A DNA stretch of 64,000 nt from an uncultured Planctomycetota bacterium (lineage in GTDB: Bacteria > Planctomycetota > Phycisphaerae > Tepidisphaerales > Tepidisphaeraceae): positions 32,001-96,000 of the forward strand of contig CAWJEN010000006.1 of assembly GCA_963841915.1 (NCBI GenBank), in the 5' to 3' direction. A program made the position numbers and the translations under genes. Below, one piece after another: positions 1-7,325 of the stretch. The notes below the pieces were generated by a model. The model was not told where the DNA came from, ran no database searches, and saw only the letters and a program-made list of their open reading frames with translations. Position 1 is the stretch's first letter, and each line of letters opens with the position of its first letter.

Positions 1-296
1 CCGCCCGCCCGTCCGAGAAAAAGACCCTCGCCACCCCTGCCGCCCGCCCCCGCTGCGCCTTGTCGGACCCCGCCGCCCGACGTCGACGAAGTACGTCGCG
101 CCTCCGCCCGACCTGCGCCCCTCGCCACACGACCGACCGCACCCGACATCGAGGCCAAAAACAGACCCGCGCCCCGCCCGACCTGCCCGCGCACCGCCCG
201 CGCCGCTCCCCGCCTCAACATGATCGGACGCACCAAACCCGCCCCCGCCGCGCTATCGGACACAATGGGCACCCCAGACCGCGCGCATGACGGCTT

Positions 297-500
297 AAAG
301 AGCGCTCTTTCAACTTCAAAGAGCGCTCTTCGAAGTTGCAAGCGCGCTCTTTGAGTTCGAAAGAGCGCTCTTTGAAGTCGCAACTGCGCTCTTTTAAGTC
401 GCAAGAGCGCTCTTTGAATCTCGAAGAGCGCCCTTCGAGGTCGAAAAGAGCGCACGATCGAGTCGAAAGAGCGCGCTTGCAACGCCAAAGATCGAACTTC
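297..500. repeat. Tandem array of about 10 units, 21-bp period, 14-bp palindromic core AAAGAGCGCTCTTT
   Basis: Cores start at 297, 318, 339, 360, 381, 402, 423, 445, 466 and 487, separated by 7-bp linkers; they degenerate towards the right end. Confidence 0.9.
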
Positions 501-616
501 AGCCGGCCATTCCCACGCATGGCACGATCGGGTGCCAGGTATAGCGACCCGACGTGTCGTCACACCCGGCGAGGATGCAGTCACACCCGGCCCAGCCGTT
601 AAAGTCAAAGGAGAAG

Positions 617-1059
617 ATGGACGACCTGCGGCCGAGATTCGTCCAGCGGCTGTTCGCCGACGACCGGCCTTACCAGTGCCTCATGGCCATCGGAGCCGTC
701 ACGCTCTCCGCTTGGACGGCGTTCGTTCTCGTCCCGACGCTCACCCTCTCGCTCTGGAGCATCGACCGCTTCATCTTCCTCATGCTCGTCGCGGTTAACC
801 TCGGCGTCGTGCTGGCCCTCTTCCCGTTCAGCGTCGTCTTGATCCCGCTCATCCGGTGGGCAGAGCGTCGCAACGGGGCCCCCTTCCAGGAGGGCGACGA
901 GGTCGTGATCCTCTCGAGGCGCTTCCCGGACCGCATCGGCGGGTCTACACCGTCTGGGCCGAACGCGATCAGGTCCGAGTCGACCTCGGCCAAGCCGAGC
1001 GTGACAGCGTGACCGACGTCTTCGCTTACACGGCCGTCCGCCGGCGTGCGACGCCGTGA
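617..1059 (+). CDS. Hypothetical membrane protein, frameshifted near 940
   Basis: AAGGAG then ATG at 617; two hydrophobic segments; ...RRFPDRIG continues as RVYTVWAERDQVRVDLG... in another frame to the stop at 1059. Confidence 0.6.
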
Positions 1060-1070
1060 ACGGTGTAGTT

Positions 1071-1141
1071 GGGTGCCACGGCATCCTTGCCGTGCGGTGT
1101 GATCGCGACGCTCCCGCCACTACAGGGTTGCAGTGGCACCC
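1071..1141. repeat. GGGTGCCAC-type REP-like inverted doublet
   Basis: GGGTGCCACGGCATCCTTGCCGTG ... CACTACAGGGTTGCAGTGGCACCC; each half has an internal hairpin; related copies at 3028-3055 and 15199-15310. Confidence 0.65.
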
Positions 1142-1179
1142 GGCAAACAGCGACCGACTGAACGTCGTCCGGCGTAGTC

Positions 1180-1252
1180 GTAGGGTGTGCTTCAGCACAC
1201 CATGAGGCTCAAGCACCGCTCCCCCAGCGTGGTGTGCTGAAGCACACCCTAC
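1180..1252. repeat. GTAG-family REP doublet (REPIN-like)
   Basis: GTAG-GGTGTGCTTCAGCACACC (1180-1201) and its exact reverse complement (1231-1252). Confidence 0.9.
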
Positions 1253-1346
1253 TTGGCTCCTGCGACGGAGCGACACCAGCCGTACGTCCCCCGCCGGTCC
1301 CCACCCACCTCCGCGGCCTCGACTGACCCGCCTCCCCGGAGTAGCT

Positions 1347-1415
1347 GTAGGGTGGGCTTCAGCCCACCATCCGAACCCCGCCACTCCGCCGATGGTGGGC
1401 TGAAGCCCACCCTAC
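1347..1415. repeat. GTAG-family REP doublet (REPIN-like)
   Basis: GTAG-GGTGGGCTTCAGCCCACC (1347-1368) and its exact reverse complement (1394-1415). Confidence 0.9.
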
Positions 1416-1435
1416 TTGGCTACAATGGGCGAACC

Positions 1436-1957
1436 ATGAGCTCCGCTGACGACCTCTCGTTCGAACACGGCGACATCAACGCACTCCGCAACCTCGGTGT
1501 TGATGTTGAACGTTTGAACGATTACGACTTCCTACTTCTTCCTGAGAACCTCCGAGAGGCTGGATCGAGGGAGGAACTGTATGATGCTGGCTCCAGCATC
1601 AATCTTGCCAAATCTCTTCGAGCTGAGGGAGCAAAGGTCGCAACGTCGTATGACCTGACTCCGGAGGCACGAACGCTGGAGCGGCGAGGTGCTGAACTCT
1701 GGTTCGGCACCGTATGGGTCATGAGCGCCGTCGCTCTCCCGCTCGCAATCTCTGTGCTCGCGAACATGATTACGGGGTGGCAAGCATCGCGCATCGCCAG
1801 CAAAGATGGGAAGGGGATCATGCGGACAAACGTCAAAATCCGCCTCAAACGAGGCGACAATATAGTCAACATAGACTTCGATGGTGATCCCGAAGCATTG
1901 GTTGATGTTTTGGAAGGGTTGAAATCAGGCAAGTCTTCTAAAAATGGCAGAGACTGA
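1436..1957 (+). CDS. Hypothetical protein with a central hydrophobic/TM segment
   Basis: ATG at 1436, 9 nt after TACAAT; LWFGTVWVMSAVALPLAISVLANMITGW hydrophobic stretch; lower-GC codon usage; overlaps the next gene by 14 nt. Confidence 0.8.
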   Translation: MSSADDLSFEHGDINALRNLGVDVERLNDYDFLLLPENLREAGSREELYDAGSSINLAKSLRAEGAKVATSYDLTPEARTLERRGAELWFGTVWVMSAVALPLAISVLANMITGWQASRIASKDGKGIMRTNVKIRLKRGDNIVNIDFDGDPEALVDVLEGLKSGKSSKNGRD

Positions 1958-2678
1958 ATTCGACGACGTCGTGCGCTTCTTTGAGGAGTCTGCTAAAAAG
2001 TTCTGGAAGGAGATCGAGGCTGGAAATACGTGGCAAGCGCGGTTGGCGGCGTCATCTTTTGTCCAGTACATTGCAGACCGCGTTTCAATGGATACGTCGG
2101 AGACAAGCGAATATTGCCACGAGCACTTGCTCGCGGTACTCCTGGCTGCGCACCGCGATTTTGTCGATTGCTTCGAGGTGATCAAGTGTCCGAACGCTCG
2201 TCTTGATTTGATCGAGTTTGCTTGGTGTCGCCTAATGGACACGATGGATCGGATCGCAGTCGCGCGAAGTGGATTGGCAGGCTCCATGATTGACCGGATT
2301 GTGAAGCAGGCTGAATCAGCTCTCATTTACTTTGAAAAGCGATTCGGACGGGGCTTATTCGCAAGCCCCGAAATTTTTGCCGGAGTAGAAATTTGTACGA
2401 TATGCGGACGCGACTTTCGAGCTTGCGAGCATCAGGTTGGCTACCTCTACGATGGCAAGCGTTGCCGACGTAAAGCCGATGCAATCGAAGTTCGCTCCAT
2501 CTCGATCGTAAAGGTTCCGGTAGATCTTCGGTGTCGGATATGGCCGTGGAACTTCGACTACAGCACAGGCCGTTTCACAACCTGCGTATTAGCCGCTTTT
2601 GATCCCGACGATCTCTCGCCTCAACGCGACCGACCCGCTGGCTCATCGACAGAAGGCGTAAGTGCGTGCGATGGGTAG
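1944..2678 (+). CDS. Hypothetical Cys-rich protein with a C-terminal CxxC-x6-CxH-xxG-xxYDG-xxC motif
   Basis: 244-aa ORF containing FASPE...CTICGRDFRACEHQVGYLYDGKRC...SISIVKVP; lower-GC codon usage. Confidence 0.85.
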   Translation: MAETEFDDVVRFFEESAKKFWKEIEAGNTWQARLAASSFVQYIADRVSMDTSETSEYCHEHLLAVLLAAHRDFVDCFEVIKCPNARLDLIEFAWCRLMDTMDRIAVARSGLAGSMIDRIVKQAESALIYFEKRFGRGLFASPEIFAGVEICTICGRDFRACEHQVGYLYDGKRCRRKADAIEVRSISIVKVPVDLRCRIWPWNFDYSTGRFTTCVLAAFDPDDLSPQRDRPAGSSTEGVSACDG

Positions 2679-2779
2679 GTGGTACGTCAGCATCTTGGCG
2701 TGCGACGGGCCTCCTGGGGCCCAAGTCATGACGCATGGCGAGACTTGACGCCGCCCCCCCGCCCGGGCAACGCAATCTT

Positions 2780-2961
2780 ATGGAAGCCCCGCACGATCCG
2801 TTCGCCGACAAGATCGTCGAGCAGGCCAATACCTTCGATGACGTCCTCCTGCTGCCTCAACGCAGCGATTTCACGCCGGCCGACGCGATGTCCGCACCCG
2901 CCTGACGCGGCGGGTAACGCTCAACATCCCGCTCGTGTCGGCCCCGATGGACACCGTCACC
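2780..2961 (+). pseudogene. guaB: 5' remnant of IMP dehydrogenase (about 60 codons, one frameshift, truncated)
   Basis: Reads MEAPHDPFADKIVEQANTFDDVLLLPQRSDFTPADA / DVRTRLTRRVTLNIPLVSAPMDTVT, which matches the GuaB N-terminal motifs TFDDVLLLP and NIPLVSAPMDTVT. Confidence 0.85.
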
Positions 2962-3027
2962 CATCATCGCGGTCTCCCGCCCGGATCGACGTCCAAACAA
3001 ACCATCTCGGTGATCGAATCGTTCCAC

Positions 3028-3055
3028 CACGACACTGCGTGTCGTGGCACCCGGC
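3028..3055 (-). repeat. Single GGGTGCCAC-type REP-like hairpin
   Basis: Reverse strand reads GCCGGGTGCCACGACACGCAGTGTCGTG, with internal hairpin CACGACAC/GTGTCGTG. Confidence 0.55.
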
Positions 3056-3169
3056 ACCACCGCCGTACATCGTGCGTCGGCACGACGCGACAGAGCACCC
3101 GTCGCGCCGAAGGAAGACCTACTGGACTAGCCAGCCGGCCGAGAATGCATTAACATCCTCTAACCTGCC

Positions 3170-4465
3170 ATGGCCAATGCTAAGAACCTATTCTTCATTC
3201 GTCGTCTGGAGCTAGAATCACTATGGGGCCATCAGGATTATGACCTTCATTTTCACGATGATGTGAATGTCATCATCGGGCCGAATGCGTCGGGCAAGAC
3301 TACTCTCATCAAGCTGCTTCACGATCTAATTAGTGGTAATGCAGATCGACTAGTCGTCATGCCATTCAAGAACGCAACGGTTGAGCTTGCGTCGTTCGAC
3401 GACGGATCAGCTCGTCTGTTGCGTGTCGACCGCAGCGAAGAGAAAACTACATTCCGGCTCGACGATCAGAAGATCAGTGTTCCCTTCGGTTGGTCAGATG
3501 ACCAGAGATTCCTGTTTGATAGCGATCCTGAACGCTTGCGGCGGCGAATGCCGAGGAAACATTATGAACTTCTGCATACGTTGAGGACGATGGTCAGGTC
3601 AGTATGGCTTCCGGTTTCGCGTCGGTTACCAATCAGCTACGAGGAAGACGGGGCCCGGGCGCCGCTACATCGTCGACCACTAGAGTCGGTCGATGAGTCT
3701 CTGTCTTCTCTTCTTAACGACCTTCGCAATTACGCACAAACCCTCAATTCGCGACTTGCTGATTTGCGGAAGGATTTTCAGCGACACGCCTTAGAAAATA
3801 TTCTGTATGACGAGAAGCACGACAAATTTAGTCACAAGTCAAACGCTACAACGCTCACTGAAGGGGACGAGAGGCAGCTTCTTCAGGCTTATCAAGACGT
3901 CGGACTTTCGACTACCGACATGACGGCGAGAGTGCGAAAACATTTCAATGCAGCCAGAGAGGCAGTCAAGAGCCTCGAACAGGAGAAGGAGGGGCTTGAC
4001 ATTGACGATGTACTTGTTCTCCCGCTCATCGCTCGTACAAGGGCTCTTATTGGTTACGCGCACGAGCTAGAAGAGCGTCGCCTTGAACTTTTCAAACCTA
4101 TAACCCTTTATGCAGAGACCGTCTCCGGCTTTCTTAGCGACAAAGCAGTATCAGTGACCGGCAACGGTGACCTGTTCGTTGTACCGCGCCGAGATGAGTC
4201 TGGCCCCGTCGATTGGCGTCACCTCTCTTCAGGAGAGAAGCAGATCCTCATCCTTTTAACTCAGGCGTTGATCTCGTCAGGCACGAACACGGTTTATGTA
4301 GCTGACGAGCCCGAGCTGTCTTTGCACGTGACCTGGCAGGAAAAGCTTCTGAAGTCGCTTACAAGTCTTGCTGGACGATGCCAGTTCATTATCGCGACGC
4401 ACTCTCCCGATGTCGTGGCAGGGTTTGGCGATAAGGTCATTGATCTTGCGGAGGTCCGTCGTTGA
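3170..4465 (+). CDS. ABC-type (AAA_15/AAA_21) ATPase, PARIS AriA-like
   Basis: Walker A GPNASGKT, signature LSSGEKQ, Walker B VYVADEPE, H-loop IATHSP. Confidence 0.9.
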   Translation: MANAKNLFFIRRLELESLWGHQDYDLHFHDDVNVIIGPNASGKTTLIKLLHDLISGNADRLVVMPFKNATVELASFDDGSARLLRVDRSEEKTTFRLDDQKISVPFGWSDDQRFLFDSDPERLRRRMPRKHYELLHTLRTMVRSVWLPVSRRLPISYEEDGARAPLHRRPLESVDESLSSLLNDLRNYAQTLNSRLADLRKDFQRHALENILYDEKHDKFSHKSNATTLTEGDERQLLQAYQDVGLSTTDMTARVRKHFNAAREAVKSLEQEKEGLDIDDVLVLPLIARTRALIGYAHELEERRLELFKPITLYAETVSGFLSDKAVSVTGNGDLFVVPRRDESGPVDWRHLSSGEKQILILLTQALISSGTNTVYVADEPELSLHVTWQEKLLKSLTSLAGRCQFIIATHSPDVVAGFGDKVIDLAEVRR

Positions 4466-5337
4466 GCTTTACCCGAACGCCAGCTGGTCTAGTCGAGAAG
4501 TGGCGGTTTCATCAGCTCCCCACGGTCTGGGTGGAGGGAGACGATGACTTGGCTTTCTACGAATTACCGTTACGCGGCGCAGGCTGTCGGATGGAGCGTT
4601 TGCACGGGAAGGAAAATGCCGATGCGCTCATTAAAGGCTTAAAGACGTTCAATTATCCTTACGTAGTTGTTCTCGACGGCGACTATGCTTTCCTAGACCG
4701 CCAGCGCACGCCGCATCGACGGGTCGTCAGACTTCAGCGTTATGCTGTCGAAAACTACCTTTGGGAGCCGGATGATGTCAATCGGGCCTGTTGCCGTTTC
4801 GCTCGCAGCGAGGTTGAGAAGGACTTATGTCTCGATCTGATGAAGGATGTTCAAAAGCAAGTCGATGAGCATTTGCGAGAGTGTGTTGAGCTTGACATCG
4901 CCGCACGCTTGATGATTACGCCACCAAAAGTTCTCCCAGATCGTATCGAGCCACTTCTCGAAAATCAGAGTGTCTCAAAGATCAGCCAGACTCGTGCCGA
5001 CCAAGCTCGGTTGGCAGCGAAGACGCTCGTTGATAATTCGCTAGCTGAACAGACCCGCGAACTTCTCACGCGTTTTCTGTCGTCTCGATCAATAATGCAC
5101 ATCTTGCGAGGTCATCTTGTATTAGGCCTTCTTCGACGGGTCATTTCAGAGGCGGTCAGAAGCGAGTCTACTTCAGCTCCTGTCCTTCACGAGAAAGCAG
5201 TGTTTGAGATTCTGATCGACCGTGTCTGGACGCTACCGCTTTCAGCTGACCATCGGAAGCTCAGGAACAATCTGCGTCGTAAGGTTCGAGAGGCACGCCT
5301 TGAACTTCAAAAGCAGCGAGAGAGCGGCATGAGCTAG
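4462..5337 (+). CDS. DUF4435 / TOPRIM-like nuclease, PARIS AriB-like
   Basis: Motifs VWVEGDDD, VVLDGDY, YAVENYL and RGH; the TTG start overlaps the ATPase stop (TTGA). Confidence 0.8.
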   Translation: MSFTRTPAGLVEKWRFHQLPTVWVEGDDDLAFYELPLRGAGCRMERLHGKENADALIKGLKTFNYPYVVVLDGDYAFLDRQRTPHRRVVRLQRYAVENYLWEPDDVNRACCRFARSEVEKDLCLDLMKDVQKQVDEHLRECVELDIAARLMITPPKVLPDRIEPLLENQSVSKISQTRADQARLAAKTLVDNSLAEQTRELLTRFLSSRSIMHILRGHLVLGLLRRVISEAVRSESTSAPVLHEKAVFEILIDRVWTLPLSADHRKLRNNLRRKVREARLELQKQRESGMS

Positions 5338-5341
5338 TCGT

Positions 5342-5410
5342 GTAGGGTTACCTACAGACCACCAGCGGAGGTGCTTCGGCCGGCGGTTGATGTGCTGAAG
5401 CCCATGCTAC
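5342..5410. repeat. Degenerate GTAG REP doublet
   Basis: GTAGGGT...ACCACC and GATGTGCTGAAGCCCATGCTAC (4 mismatches to the 1394-1415 copy); same CTACTTG right flank as the other doublets. Confidence 0.65.
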
Positions 5411-5559
5411 TTGAGGTGCCTGGCGGTTGGGGGAGGTGATAAATCGAAGGGACGCCGCAGGCTCATGCAACGATCCGCATGGGCCGACTTGTCGTCTTGA
5501 GGCGATGGACCGGCCTTGGGGTCGCGTCGCCCGACCCTCCGTTACTCAAGGAGTGCTCC

Positions 5560-5639
5560 GTGGCGACACGAAACTATTTGCCCCAGGCCGATGAAGCCCT
5601 CAGCCTTGTGGCCTAGGCCGATGAAGCCCTCAGCCTTGT
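5560..5639 (+). pseudogene. Truncated gene start (MATRNYLPQADEALSLVA*) with a 25-bp direct duplication
   Basis: AAGGAG then GTG at 5560; AGGCCGATGAAGCCCTCAGCCTTGT occurs at 5585-5609 and 5615-5639. Confidence 0.5.
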
Positions 5640-5659
5640 AGGGTGGGCTTCAGCCCACC
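5638..5659 (+). repeat. Single GTAG REP
   Basis: GTAGGGTGGGCTTCAGCCCACC, identical to 1347-1368. Confidence 0.9.
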
Positions 5660-5673
5660 AGTTAATCGGACAA

Positions 5674-6171
5674 TCAATCTGACTCCGCGACCGCCACGCC
5701 GACCGTGCCGCGGCAGGCGGGGAAGCCGGTGCAGCCCCAGAAGGGGCGGCCGGCGGTCGGGCCAGAGCGGGCGACGCGGCGGGCCATCGGGCGGCGGCAG
5801 CGGGGGCAGGCGGGAACCTCCGGCGAGGCGGTCGCCACCGCACCCGACGCGGGAACGGCCGCACGGGGAGCCGGCGACGCTTCGACGCGTTTCCGCTCGC
5901 GGCCGAGCAGGTCGCGGCCGGTCGCGAGGCACCGGACGGCCCCGACGCCGCTCATCAGAAAGGCCACAGCCGACAAGCAGCCGACGAGCGTTGCAAAAAC
6001 GACGGAGAGCGGCCCGGTGCCTTCCGGCATCAGGTCCGGGCCGAACAAATGGAGGGCGAGGGCGAACAACGCGAAGAAGACACCAAGGACGCCGCCGAGG
6101 ATCGGCGACGCCATCGCGATGTCCGTCACTTCACCGATCACGCCGCCGTCGTCGTCGTCCCGCCTACCCAT
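5674..6171 (-). CDS. Membrane protein with a C-terminal topoisomerase-type C4 zinc ribbon
   Basis: Two TM segments, then CPRCRRPM...G.TAGRPFWGCTGFPACRGT; start chosen at ATG 6171, 7 nt after TATCGT. Confidence 0.8.
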   Translation of the reverse strand: MGRRDDDDGGVIGEVTDIAMASPILGGVLGVFFALFALALHLFGPDLMPEGTGPLSVVFATLVGCLSAVAFLMSGVGAVRCLATGRDLLGRERKRVEASPAPRAAVPASGAVATASPEVPACPRCRRPMARRVARSGPTAGRPFWGCTGFPACRGTVGVAVAESD

Positions 6172-6530
6172 GGGCGGCACGATATCAACTGCGTGCTGCG
6201 TCTGCCAGAACCCGTCAAGCCGCGTCTGGGTGTCACCACAGGCGTCGGACGCCCGGTGCCGCACGCGGCGACGCCGAACGGCGTGGCCTTCTTCGTGACG
6301 ACGGTGAGCAGCGGCCGTCGTGTCCATCTTTTTTTGCTACGTCTTCAAGCCGCTGTGGTGTGGGGCCGATGTCGGTGGTGAACGTCGGCCGCGGCGTGGC
6401 TCGAACCGTTCGGGCCGCCCGGCCTCCGTTCCGCCTCCAGCACCCCTTCGGCTGCCCCCGGCATCTATGAGACCCCGTTCCCCACCACCCCCACCACCTC
6501 CACCACCTCCACCTCTCCGCCCTCCCAGCC

Positions 6531-7240
6531 ATGGCACGTAGCACCATTCCCACGAAGATTGCGGCCCAGGTCGCATGGTCGGCCAACCTCGCCGGCCAGA
6601 TCGCCCGCGATCCGACACTGGGCGTCCCTGAGCCGCTCGCGACGAGCTTCGCGACGGCCAACACGAACGTCCAGACGTCCTACGGCATCTCCGAGACGCC
6701 CGAGACGCGGACGCGGGATGCCATCAAGGGCCGCAACGACGACCTGAAGGAGATGCGTCGCATCGGGTCGTTCGTCATCAAGGCCATCGAGGCCAACCCG
6801 GACCTGACGAACCAGCGCCGCGAGCAGCTGGGCCTGCTGCCGGTCGATTCGTCGCGGACCGTCGTGCCGCCGCCGTCGGTCGCACCGATCGTCGAGATCA
6901 CTCGCATCGATGGCCGCACGGTCTACGGCGAGCTGCGTCAAGAGGGCACGCGTCGCGGCCGCCCGGCAGACGTTGCGGGTGCCGTCATCTTCACGCACGT
7001 CGGCCCAACTTCCCCGATGTCGATGAGCGAGTGGACGTTTGCCCAGAGCACGACCACGACGAGCTTCGACTCTCCTTCGGCCCGAGCGAGACGGGCGACA
7101 CGGTTTGGATTAGTTGCTACTGGCAGAATGCCAAGGACGAGTCAGGCCCAGCTTCGCGGCCGATCAGTCTCAACCTGCCGGCGGGCGGCGTCCGGCCGAC
7201 CGAGATGGAAGAGCCGACGCCGATGCGGATCGCGGCGTAG
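6531..7240 (+). CDS. Conserved-looking hypothetical protein (helical N-terminus, beta-rich C-terminus), frameshifted near 7070
   Basis: Host-like codon usage; ...QSTTTTSF continues as LSFGPSETGDTVWISCYWQNAKDESGP...MRIAA* in another frame; hairpin downstream. Confidence 0.75.
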
Positions 7241-7260
7241 CGCACCATCCAGCCAAGGAC

Positions 7261-7297
7261 CAGACGGCGGCGAGGCTTTCGAGCCCGCCGCCGTTTG
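7261..7297. terminator. Hairpin between convergent genes
   Basis: CAGACGGCGGCG...CGCCGCCGTTTG inverted repeat. Confidence 0.6.
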
Positions 7298-7325
7298 CAT
7301 GGGTGTCGGGCTCAGCGATGGCGCG

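Noticed and set aside
297..500. CRISPR array
   Set aside because: Repeats are 14 bp with related 7-bp linkers, far too short for spacers, and there are no cas genes in the window.
1944..2678. Prophage head gene
   Set aside because: No terminase, portal, capsid or integrase genes are nearby and the N-terminal half is not protease-like.
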